A DNA stretch of 63,582 nucleotides, filler included, from Octopus bimaculoides (taxonomy: Eukaryota), in the NCBI RefSeq assembly GCF_001194135.2. It is 6 parts of 6 records of this genome, joined end to end, with 100 filler letters (N's around TTAATTAATTAA, not from the genome) between each part and the next. Parts side by side here need not be neighbours in the genome. Positions count along the whole stretch, not along the records: positions 27,468 to 32,916 come from NC_068986.1; positions 33,017 to 39,318 come from NC_068982.1; positions 39,419 to 50,286 come from NC_069001.1; 3 more parts are not named here. The stretch is one strand, 5' to 3'. Shown here piece after piece: positions 27,470-39,434 of this stretch (position 1 is its first letter; every line of letters starts with the position of its first letter). The position numbers were made by a program, and so were the translations under genes. The notes below the pieces were generated by a model. The model had not been told where the DNA came from. It searched no databases and worked only from the letters and a program-made list of their open reading frames with translations.

Positions 27470-27990
27470 TGTGTAGCTGACTATGTGGAATTGTGGACAA
27501 CCTACTCTATCCTTATCCACTGTCCTACAGAATACCCTATCTAAGTACGATCTGGACGACCCGATGCGGTTACTTCATGTCCACATTGGCACATTCGGGT
27601 GGTCCAGTCGGTACCTGTCAGACAGTTGGAAACGTCTGAGCAGGTATTTGAGGCTTTTGCAGCCCTTTCTATTGCTATCGCTGCCTGCGTAATCTAGATG
27701 CGTGTCCAGGGTAGCGTTCCAATCCCCCACTAGAAGTAAAGGTCGAGACGTTCCCAAGAAAACCTCTAGACGTCGATAGAAATCTGGCCGGCCTGTTAAA
27801 GACGGTGAATAAGATAGATAGATAGACAAGGTAGCGCAGTCAGTTTTCCTCTGCCTATTAGCGATGACAAAAAAAGTTGTGAGATGGACGAGGCTGAAGT
27901 GATTGAAGACGGACACTTTCCTATACAGACAATCCGTAATCGATATTTTCAAATACCCCTTGGAAAAAAAAAGAGTCTAAACAAGGAAAC
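27470..27990 (-). mobile_element. Tx1/L1-like LINE AP-endonuclease fragment
   Basis: LLLVGDWNATLDTHLD, DRYRLDHPNVPMWT, SRSYLDRV are APE motifs. Ends at a scaffold spacer. Confidence 0.8.
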
Positions 27991-28452
27991 GTTGTCCTCC
28001 TGTTAAATTGTCAAACGGTGGTGGAAAGTTACGAAAACGGTTTTGTACTAGGTGAGTAAAAAAGTAATGCAAATTTGATTTGCCCTACTTTTTGATTAAC
28101 TTTTGTATATATGAGTGAGTCGAAGAGAAATGCATATAGAAATAGCATTACTTTCTAACTCACCAACGTTGGAGGGACTAAGCTGAGTATGCGATTGCTG
28201 ATCAAAGAACAGACAGTTGGAAGAGAATACTTACCCTTGGAAGTCAGAGTCATTGTGGATTGTGGATTTCCCGATTATCCCTAGTTGGAGCCACCTGCAT
28301 CATGAGGTTTATTATCAATATATTCTTGTATTTGTATACTGTTCGCGTCCTATCTGTTCTTCTTTATTTATTCCTTATCCAATTTTATGGAAACTCCTAA
28401 ATTTCATGTAGCATATCTTTGAAATGTCCTTTTCATCATACTCCACTGTGGC

Positions 28453-28666
28453 AAGGCGGTGAGTTGGCAGAATCATTAGCATACCGGACAAAATGCTTAG
28501 TGGCATTTCGTCCGCCTTTACGTAATGAGTTCAAATTCCGCCGTGGTTGACTTTGCCTTTCCTCCTTCCGAGGTCGATAAAATAAGTACCTGTCAAACAG
28601 AGACGGTGTAATCGACTTTTCCTTGCCCCCAAAATTTCAGGCCTTGTGCCTATAGTAGAAAGGATT
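28453..28666 (+). mobile_element. Full group-B SINE (tail T1 ending in (ATT)n)
   Basis: Head aaggcggtgagttggcaga to ..ccttgtgcctatagtagaaaggatt. Confidence 0.85.
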
Positions 28667-28680
28667 AGCATTATTATTAT

Positions 28681-29150
<470 letters not shown>

Positions 29151-30046
29151 ATATTTTATTATTATCATTATCATTATTATTCCCATTTATTTAGTGACCC
29201 AACCATATCGCTATATATCACATTAGTGCTCACCACCTGCTTGTATGGTATCACAACAGTGTTACAAATCGACAAAGTTCGGCATCGTCTCGATACCTTT
29301 CTCAGTAATTCTCGCCTTTCTTTGATATATTGTGGGATTAGACTACGGCGACAGAAATACACATTTCTTTCTGTCTTGAGTTTGTGTGATAGCTTCGGTT
29401 AAAACGTGTTTGTTTTATGTTGTATTTGTCACGTTCTTTTTCTTTGTCCGACATTCGTCGAATATAAGTCGCGTTTGTAACGGAAGAGACTGGTGTTTCC
29501 ATTTAAAACACGTTAAAAATAAATATTTTTGTTTTGCAAAATTTCTATGTGTGACTATCATTGCTGTTTGCCTTTTCTCTGCATCTGCTACAAATCCATT
29601 TCTTTTTTTTTTTTTTTTTCTGTGTGTACGTCTGTTTGTTTGTTGCTGTCAGTTTTCGCATTATTTTCTGTTTTCTCCTTTTATAAATCTGTACTAATAT
29701 ATATATTTTTTTTAGATACTCTTTTTTTTTTTTCCTGGTCTGGAAGAAGATGTATTTGTTTACGCTAGTGATACCAAACTGTGGCAATCACCTCCAGCTC
29801 CGATACATGAAACCATATTAAAATATGAGCAAGCGAAATGCAACAAAACATAAAATATGATGTCCAAAGAAAACTTAATTTCTCTACACCGAAGTAAAAT
29901 CGAGTGGAGACGGAAGCTATTCGAAATTCTTCTATCGATAAAATACCCAAACACACTATCTCCCATGAAATCCAAACATTATAATTTTAATTCTTATACA
30001 GGATTGGTTCGAACACATCCGTTCAATTCGAAACTTCGGTAATAAT

Positions 30047-30170
30047 GGTTTCAAATTTTGGCCCAAAGCCAGCAATTTCGGGTGAGGGAGTAAGTTGATT
30101 ACATCGACCCCAGTTTACAAATGGGACTTTATCTTATCGACCCCCACCTACCCCCACCCCAAAAGGATGA
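30047..30170 (-). mobile_element. Group-B SINE 3' half (tail T3)
   Basis: tggtttcaaattttggcccaaagccagcaattt..atcgaccccag. Confidence 0.7.
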
Positions 30171-30646
30171 AACAGAGTGCCTTACTCAAAGATGCATCTC
30201 GCCTCCTGAACCGGCTTAATGGTTAGGGCGCTGAACTAGTGATGAGGGGTCATCGGATAACATAGTTCTAGATGATATTCCCTAAAAGATGGATTGAACA
30301 TATCTTTGTCTTTAAGCAAACTTTGCTCGATCAAGGCTGGACTGTAGTTAAACAATAAGGCATCAAGAAGGGAGTTTCTACGTGATAGGATGACCTCTAG
30401 AAATAGCAGCCAAATCTCACTCAAACTTCATCCTATCGTCTTCAAAGAGGAGACATTTGATAATGCAGCCCATAGTAAATAAACCGTTACAGTAGAAAAT
30501 TTTTTAAAGTATGAGATTAGTGAGTGGATGACAACAAAAATATAGTGACGGCGTGTCACTCTGGTAGCCGATAGCGGTGACACAAAAAGCCATAACTAAA
30601 ATACGATTTTTACACGCTGCATGACAATTGTCTTAATCAAAATATA

Positions 30647-31044
30647 GATTTCTTCAGTTTCGCTCACAGATTATTTTTTTTTTTTTAACAAAACAGTTTG
30701 AAACCTTATATACTGGTGTAATTTCTCGCGCTGAACACGGTTTACTTTCAACATTTTTTAATAAAATTTCGTATTTTAGAACTTATTTCGTGTTTGTCGT
30801 ATTTGGGTAATTTTAACCAATCAACGACGTGTATTTTTCATCTGAATACACGTTGATGATTGGTTGAAATTACCCAAATACGACAACTTTAATACGAAAT
30901 AACTTCTAAAATACGAAATATTGTAAAAAAAAATGTTGGAAGTAAACCGTGTTCAGCGTGAGAAATTACACCAGTATACGAAGTTTCAAACTGCTTAGTT
31001 AAAAAAAAATAATTAAAAAATCTGTAAGCGAAACTGAAGAGATC
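30647..31044. repeat. ~400-bp fold-back palindrome
   Basis: Arms 30647-30835 and 30845-31044 are reverse complements with scattered mismatches and small indels. 9-nt centre tttcatctg. Confidence 0.9.
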
Positions 31045-31609
31045 CCAAAATATAAACAACTATACGGTTGATCTGAAAGAAAATAAAATTAACAAACGCG
31101 ACACGTATAACAGTTTATGTATAATACATGTATGGTTTCATATTGTATTTCAGCATACTGTCACAGTATTGCATATACATTGCATTTTACAGTTTCTGCA
31201 AAAACAAGAAAACGAAAAACGAAGACGAGATGGTCAAAAAATGCATGTCAACGATCACTGGTTTCCTGCATGATCAGTGCTGACTTCAGATTAAACAACA
31301 AACAAAACGGCAACACTAGCGACAGACATTCAACAATAGCTACTACAATGTACGGTGTGCATGTATGTCGATAGCTATTTTGTGGCAGACGACAAGGATT
31401 TTGTTACAAATCACCTATATACTTCCGCCATATTACGCTTACACAATAATGTAAAAGGTCATCACGATGTGACAACTGAAACAGAAATAAATAAATAAAA
31501 TGAAGAAAAAAAGAATATCTAGTTACAAAAAGAAAATGTTCTACGTTACATCTGACAAAGTTTGAGGTTGAAGAAAAATGATGCCGAGAAGGAAAAAAAC
31601 AAGAGCGCG

Positions 31610-31670
<61 letters not shown>

Positions 31671-31857
31671 CATACATACATACATACATACATACATACA
31701 TACATACATACTTACATATGTATATATGTATAAATATCTGTGGTGTATGTGTGTATATGTACCATTGAATCTACGTACTGTATTTACGTATGCACGCTTG
31801 TATTATGTAAACTTCTATAGAAAACTTCTTCATATANNNNNNNNNNTATACATATAC

Positions 31858-31902
31858 CATCTGTCCTCGTCTGTTGTTGTTTTTTTTTCGTACATTCTTC
31901 CA
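31858..31902 (+). mobile_element. Terminal fragment of the hammerhead-carrying repeat
   Basis: ctgtcctcgtctgttgttgtttttttttcgtacattcttcc matches the shared terminus, in opposite orientation to the other copies. Confidence 0.55.
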
Positions 31903-33023
31903 TATAGATATATATGCATGTATGTATAATAACTCTTCCCTTATATCCCTAACATATCTTTTTCCTTATTCTTCTCTTTCATTAAGACTTGTTTGTATTA
32001 CAATGTGATTTGAAACTCGGTTGGTGATTATCGTACGCCATGACATTTCCTACACGGCCTAATGATTACTGATGTGCATATAAACACACGGACCTTGTAT
32101 TATAATGAACGTAAAGCACTCTCTCTCTCTATCTATCTATCTATCTATCTATTTATCTATTTATCAATCTATCTATCTATCTACCACTCTCTCGCGCTCT
32201 CTCATCCGTTCATCTGTGTTCTGTTCACAGAAGAGTTTGATATGTGTGAAATTACAACACTCTGGAGGGAAATTGATAAAATGCCATGACGTGGGAGGGC
32301 GCCATGCACTTTTTTTTTCCTGCAAGAATCGACAGAGCTGGAGAGGTGTGTGGGTAAGATGGGGGATGGGTGGGGAGAGAAGAAAAAACATTGCATTAAA
32401 GGTTAGAGGTGAACGGCTTCTCGTTGTATACATATGTTTATATATGTGTATGTGTGTGTGTGTATATATATATATATATGTGTGTGTGCATATGTAAATA
32501 TATATATGTGTGTATATATAAATATGTATGTATATATAAAAATGAATGTATATACGTAAGTATATACGTATGTGAGCATATTTATGTATGTATACATATG
32601 TATGTATACATATGTATATACATATGTATATATGTATGCATATACGTATGTGAGCAAACGTATCTATGAATTTATATTTATATACATACATATATATACA
32701 TATATACATATACATACATGCGTCTTTTAATATGCTTGCATATATACATATATATGTATATGTATATACATATATACATATATACATAGATATACAACAT
32801 ATACGAATATATATGTGCACACACATTTATTCATAAATATGTATGTATGTATGTGTGTATGTATGTATCTATGTACGTATGCACGTATGTATGTATGTAT
32901 GCATGCATCTATATATNNNNNNNNNNNNNNNNNNNNNNNNNNNNNNNNNNNNNNNNNNNNTTAATTAATTAANNNNNNNNNNNNNNNNNNNNNNNNNNNN
33001 NNNNNNNNNNNNNNNNATCTTAA

Positions 33024-33355
33024 AGGTTATTGCAGTATGCATGTTTCATGCTATTTATTTAAGTAATGAGAGCATTACATTAAATGCAAAATGCAGAGCA
33101 ATCTTCAGCTGCACAAGGATACAGAAAATTTACTGCTAGCCTTGACTTTGTCAAGATGTATTTTTTTATGTATTCTTCTTTACCACTTAGATTTTAAATG
33201 TTGTTACAACAGTACTATGTCCATTCTGCTGAAATTTTCAGTAAATTTTCAATATCCTTGTGAAGTTGAAGATTGCTCTGCATTTTGCATTTAATGTAAT
33301 GCTCGCATTACTTAAATAAATACAGTAGCATGAAATGTGTGTACTGCAATAGCCT
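33024..33355. mobile_element. Kolobok-like MITE with ~112-bp terminal inverted repeats
   Basis: TTAA|AGGTTATTGCAGTA...TACTGCAATAGCCT|TTAA. Arms 33024-33135 and 33239-33355. TTAA flanks with purine-purine termini are the Kolobok signature. Confidence 0.65.
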
Positions 33356-33690
33356 TTAAAATCCGTGTTGCTTTTTTTGATTTTTGATCACCTTGTTTTT
33401 GGAATTGTTTGAATAATACCATACTATATTCTGGTGCCTAAACTTAAGCGCCACATTCAATTTTGAATCTAAATTNNNNNNNNNNAATTGTTTGAATAAT
33501 ACCATACTATATTCTGGTGCCTAAACTTAAGCGCCACATTCAATTTTGAATCTAAATTATATATATATATATAATATTAGGGATAAAAATCCAAATTTAC
33601 AGATAAAAACTTAAATTTAATTTTTCAAATATTAAAATTAAATTACGTTTCACAGTATAAAATATAGAAATATATAATTTAGAGAAAATA

Positions 33691-33863
33691 ACCAAAGTTC
33701 ATGAACTCATCCATGAAAATCCACAGTCACATCTAGAAAAAATTAGTAAATAAATACACGATAAATAAATATAATAAAATAAAATATTATTTATCGTGCG
33801 TTTACTTATTAATATTTTCTATATATGACTGTGGATTTTCATGGATGAGTTCATGAATTTGGT
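33691..33863. repeat. Inverted repeat, ~78-bp arms with an 18-nt AT loop
   Basis: accaaagttcatgaactcatccatgaaaatccacagtca..cacgataaataa / ttatttatcgtg..tgactgtggattttcatggatgagttcatgaatttggt. Confidence 0.85.
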
Positions 33864-36437
33864 TCTTTTATTTAAGTTATATATATATATATATATATAT
33901 ATTTATAATTACATATATATTTTCATGCATTCATACATTCATACATACATGCATATACATTTTGGCTTCATCGAAACTGACGTGAGAATAAACAATGCCA
34001 TCCACTCCATTTTTCGTCAAAGGCGGAAGGAATTAATGTGTATTTTACGCATGTTATCTCTATACTTATAGACGCCCAAATCACTTATTAGTCAAAATCT
34101 CAATTTACTATCCTGTTACGTAATTAATCTTAGAGTATTTCTACAGCAACGAGAGAATTGTTGCAGAAGTAGCAGCAATAACAGCAACAATAATTCATTG
34201 AAATTATACGTGTACATCCTCGGTTTTATAGGCCTGCGTTCTATTATATCTGACAGGAAAATCTGTCAGGTCTTTCAGAATTATAATGGTACGATGTTTA
34301 ATTTTCTGCAGCGTAACTTAATATGTGCAACTTACAGAAACCGACGACACACGAATTGTACTAGACAATGAGTCCCAAAACATATTTCGTGGCTAAATGA
34401 GAGTATTACAGATTAAGCGGGACTTAATCCGATAGTCATTAAGTGGACGGCAGTGTCTGATTTTATTCATTTATTAAGAATAGTTAACCGACTTTATACA
34501 TTTCGTTGATTTTAGTTATCTATAACAATATGCCACTTTTGCAAGTGAGAATTATTCATAACAGGTGGAATATATATTATACTAATTTAACTGAATTAAT
34601 ATTGAAACTTAAAAGCTTAAATAAAAATGTCGTTATGAATAATATACATGTTGTTGCTTAAGTAGAGCTATGATCGAAGACATTCTGTGTGTGACCATTC
34701 CGTCTGATGTTCAGGTATTATGCATGGAGGACTCTATTTAAGATACGAGAAACATTTCCTTTTTAGTAGGCTCAATCATTGAGCAGAGGCACCTTCGTTG
34801 CCTACAGAGGCCTGTGATACGGGATGTTATACGGTATTCGACAATGTATGTGATACGGAGTACCACAATGCGTAAATGAATCGTTTTTATCAATTTCTCG
34901 AATTTTGCTGTCAGTGGACAAAAGAACGTACTTCTGCATTGTATCTACATGTGCAATCATAGAGCAAAAATACAGGTTTCTTACAAAAAATATTATTTTA
35001 CCGTGGAAGTTTCTACTGAGAGGATAACTTGCTTTCTCTCCACTTAATGTATGAAAGATACAAGTTAAATAACTAGGATTCTAAGTAGTCGTTTGACCAT
35101 CTAGACGTAGCGGTCAAATATTTAATTTACGCCTATCATACAAACATCAAATAATGTAGGTTTAGATGTAGAATAGTCGATATAAGAGCCAGATTGTTAT
35201 AGCTAGTATCATATGTTCGTTCAGTAATAGCTGATCATCAGTTAAATAACAAAACCATCAAAAGCTGAAAGGTACATTGGATAGTTTACTCTCTGATATA
35301 AAGACGGGATGTAACGACTGGAACGTCTGTCATAAATCAACACTATCAATGGTGATTTGGATCTAAATAATGAAGATAAGAAAATTAAACATCAGGTACA
35401 TTGTATTTAAAGGACCGATACAGGCCCACTGCGTTTCACTTTGGGAGAGAGTGTTTCTACTTTTGCCTCGGGCTGAACAAAGCCTTGCGAGTGGAGTTTG
35501 TAGACGCAAACTCAAAGAACACCGATGTACACACACATGCACGCACGCACGCACGCACGCACACACACTCACACACACATGCACACACATACACACACNN
35601 NNNNNNNNNNNNNNNNNNNNNNNNNNNNNNNNNNNNNNNNNNNNNNNNNNNNNNNNNNNNNNNNNNNNNNNNNNNNNNNNNNNNNNNNNNNNNNNNNNNN
35701 NNNNNNNNNNNNNNNNNNNNNNNNNNNNNNNNNNNNNNNNNNNNNNNNNNNNNNNNNNNNNNNNNNNNNNNNNNNNNNNNNNNNNNNNNNNNNNNNNNNN
35801 NNNNNNNNNNNNNNNNNNNNNNNNNNNNNNNNNNNNNNNNNNNNNNNNNNNNNNNNNNNNNNNNNNNNNNNNNNNNNNNNNNNNNNNNNNNNNNNNNNNN
35901 NNNNNNNNNNNNNNNNNNNNNNNNNNNNNNNNNNNNNNNNNNNNNNNNNNNNNNNNNNNNNNNNNNNNNNNNNNNNNNNNNNNNNNNNNNNNNNNNNNNN
36001 NNNNNNNNNNNNNNNNNNNNNNNNNNNNNNNNNNNNNNNNNNNNNNNNNNNNNNNNNNNNNNNNNNNNNNNNNNNNNNNNNNNNNNNNNNNNNNNNNNNN
36101 NNNNNNNNNNNNNNNNNNNNNNNNNNNNNNNNNNNNNNNNNNNNNNNNNNNNNNNNNNNNNNNNNNNNNNNNNNNNNNNNNNNNNNNNNNNNNNNNNNNN
36201 NNNNNNNNNNNNNNNNNNNNNNNNNNNNNNNNNNNNNNNNNNNNNNNNNNNNNNNNNNNNNNATAGATATATATATTTGTACAAACACACACACACACAT
36301 ATATGTATAGGTAATATAAGTTTAGAGGGAATACTTGATACGTGTAAGCACCTGTATATGCCAGATAGTAGCAGAGGTGAGAGAATATATCAAACATGAC
36401 CCTTTGTGTTCTCTCTCTATATATAATTAAAAATTAG

Positions 36438-36571
36438 GGTTCAGCAGGCATTGCTTCACCACACACCGAAAATTAGAAATAGCACCCAAAACTACTATCT
36501 TTCTACCAAATAGCAGTTTTTGGCTGCTATTTCTAATTTTCGGTGTATGGGGAAGCAATGCCTGCTAAACC
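36438..36571. repeat. 134-nt hairpin (~61-bp arms, 11-nt loop)
   Basis: ggttcagcaggcattgcttcaccacacaccgaaaattagaaatagca.. pairs with ..tgctatttctaattttcggtgtatggggaagcaatgcctgctaaacc. Confidence 0.9.
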
Positions 36572-37009
36572 ATACATTTTAATTATGTTTATATGAATTT
36601 ACCAATGATGGTTTTAACACACCGGACTACTTTGTGAAATTACTAATTATTAATTAATTATTAATTTTTACCCTCTGTATATATATATATATATATATAT
36701 GAGTAAATGTAAGGAGAAATAAGGCAAATGGATATACAAACAATATTAAAAACATTTAATACAGACAAATGTACATATGTATGCATATAAAAAACAATCC
36801 CTTTAATTCCTAATGTCATTTATGCTCTGTTTAAGTCGGACATTTTTATATGCATATGTATATACATTTTTTGTATGAAATAAATTTTATATTTTTTTGC
36901 ATATCGACTTGCCTATCTTGCTTGTCCTTACATTTACTTCTCTACCTGCTGAAGTTCAAATCTCTTCAGCACTACGTAGTGTATTCTATACAGAGAATAC
37001 GTGTCTCTA

Positions 37010-37072
<63 letters not shown>

Positions 37073-38654
37073 AGTCTGTCTATCTGTCTGTCTGTCACAC
37101 ACACACACACACACACACTCTCTCTCTCTCTCTCTCTGTCTCTTTCTCCCTGTCTCTGTTTCTATCTATCTATCTATCTATCTATCTACCTAAAGAAATA
37201 CTGGAGCCGATACATTCGACTAATAGTACTTCAAGGCGGTACCCCAGCATAACTGCAGTCCAATGACTGAAACAAGTTGAGGATAAAAAATGAAAGAATG
37301 ATTTTAAATATATACGATAGTCTGTTATAATGTTGAGGCAAAATGAGTTAGTAAACCCTGTGTCTATCTTATTATTACATGTAATACACAGGACTCATTT
37401 ACTTATGGTTTACATACGAAACACATTTCCAATTTTCCAGCAACCTGAGTAAGTTGAGACTTGAGAGGGGAAATCTTTATATCCCTCAGAACATATAAAG
37501 CACAGGCTAAATAAATGTCTGTAAAGAAGGGTGGGCGTTTTGGACAAATTCATGAAAATGCTTACACAGTCAAAATATTACCTTTGCTTTGCCTCAGGAT
37601 AGAGCGCGGCGCAGTGGTGAAAACTCATTCATTGCAAAGTGAAATCTGATAAATAAATATATTGAAATAGATTTCCGCCATATCAAAAAAACACAAAGGA
37701 AAGCTAAGAAAAAAAAAAAGGAAAACAAAATCAATGGCTGTTAAAGGTGTAGAAAAATGTAAGATTCGAGTTCTGATTTTGGTCTTGCCATCACACACTA
37801 TTTACACTCATCGATTTTTTTGATGACATTTAATTTCCAGATATTTCGATGCGCACTTCAAGAGTAGACTTATGGAGATGTAACCAAGTAAATAGCTCAA
37901 ATGATATTCAATTTAATTTTCATTCTTCTTATTAGTTTTTTGTTATTGAAACTAGAATTAATTTCTATTTATATATGTAACCCAAGTGTTGGGTGGGGGA
38001 AAGATTCATTAATATTCAATACCAATAGTTATATTGTTTATAGTTTTCATCTACAAACGAATTAGAAAGCGTTTGATGTTCCATAGACACTTAGTAATAT
38101 ATATATAAAGGGGAAACATCTGATAGCTGGCATTGATACATACATGCATACATACATACATACATACATACATACATACATTTATACATACTTATATATG
38201 AAGATACATACATACACACATATACACATACACATATAAACAGATAAACGTACGTACTTACATACATTCATACATACATGCATACATACATACTTACGTA
38301 CATATATACGCTATTTAAGTACGCCATTGATCAAAGGAGTCTCTACCTGATCGCTTTCTCTGCCTGAAATTGCAGTCTATTGCGTTTATACAACAATGTC
38401 TCATTGAAAAATAAATGTTAGATAATGCAGTGCTCAATAAATCGTCTATCTAGACCTGAATATCTATATAGAATTAATACTTTGTGTAACTTCGAAATAT
38501 AAACTAGTTCTAATGGTTTCAGCGGGTATTTAATGTCAAGAGTCACGTTAATTATAAGCATTAAATACATATTTAGTTCGACGAAACAATACTGAAGTTT
38601 ACATAAAGGCACATTTCTGGCCTCGAAAATGCTAAAAACATATTTTTATGATTT

Positions 38655-38830
38655 ATCTTTGGTTTGTTTCACTCATTTAACTGAGGTACCACACTGAGGG
38701 GTTTAATCGAAGAAATAGACTACAATAGTTATTTTGTAAAGTCTGGTACTTATTCTTTCGGTCGCTTTTGCCGAACTGCTAAATTACGGGCACGAAAATA
38801 TATTAAGACTAACTGTGGGGGACAAACAGA
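38655..38830 (-). mobile_element. Group-C SINE 3' half (other partial copies at ~17425, 24020, 35420, 37195, 43905, 50870, 58795)
   Basis: tacttattctttcggtcgcttttgccgaactgctaaattacggg. Confidence 0.7.
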
Positions 38831-38947
38831 AACTTAAAATAAATGCACATTGATATAGGCATACGTGCACGTACATATACACATACATGCACAAACCCGC
38901 TCACGCCCTCTCCCTCTCACTCACTCACACACACATATCCATATATA

Positions 38948-39318
38948 CGGGAGAATATAAGAAAAAACAACAACAGACGTGGACAGGTGGTGTAAATAAC
39001 AAAAGGATGTATTAGTATGACGCTTGGGAATACGGAAAGTCTTTGACGTTTCGAGCTACGCTCTTCAACAGAAAGAATACGGAGACAAGGAGAAAAACAC
39101 GGAGAAAAAAAATTGAATAGTGTCCAGTCAACGGTCAATCATAATAATGGCTGATCATAACAATGGCTAACCGGAAGTTAGAAATTCTTTTTTCAGGAGA
39201 GCTAAGAAAAGGGGGAGATAACAAACGGTGATCGAAGAACGAGGGGCTGTGTGTGGGAGATAGAATGCTGGTGATCTTGACGTATGTAGTGTGAAAATGG
39301 GGTCAGTTGTATGTAGTG
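38948..39318 (-). mobile_element. Hammerhead-carrying repeat (putative Penelope-type terminal repeat), longest copy
   Basis: Shares about 150 bp with 17058-17215 and about 45 bp with 31858-31902. All copies end at the same point (..gtctgttgttgtttttt..ttctccc) next to AT-rich dinucleotide tracts. Confidence 0.65.
39040..39076 (-). ncRNA. Minimal type-I hammerhead ribozyme-like motif (variant core)
   Basis: Minus strand reads UCUUU-CUGUUGA-A-GAGC(GUA)GCUC-GAAA-C-GU-C-AAAGA. This gives a 5-bp helix I (UCUUU/AAAGA), a 4-bp helix II, GAAA, a loop-less palindromic helix III (ACGU) and a GUC cleavage triplet. Confidence 0.7.
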
Positions 39319-39434
39319 NNNNNNNNNNNNNNNNNNNNNNNNNNNNNNNNNNNNNNNNNNNNTTAATTAATTAANNNNNNNNNNNNNNNNNNNNNNNNNN
39401 NNNNNNNNNNNNNNNNNNATATATACATATATAT

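Noticed and set aside
28240-28295. MM..DNR..PQ on the minus strand resembling S-crystallin exon 3; also GFHGR at ~29960 and RLFESAG at ~4240
   Set aside because: Wrong spacing, immediate stops and no flanking similarity; chance matches.
29765-29975. Hydrophobic signal-peptide-like ORFs; likewise the acceptor-led frame at 26760 and open frames at 11840-12060 and 48960-49230
   Set aside because: T-rich DNA yields hydrophobic translations by chance; no homology recognised.
33403-33557. Exact ~73-bp direct repeat either side of a 10-N gap (similar cases at ~6085-6210 and ~10700-10830)
   Set aside because: Typical unmerged contig overlap, not a biological duplication.
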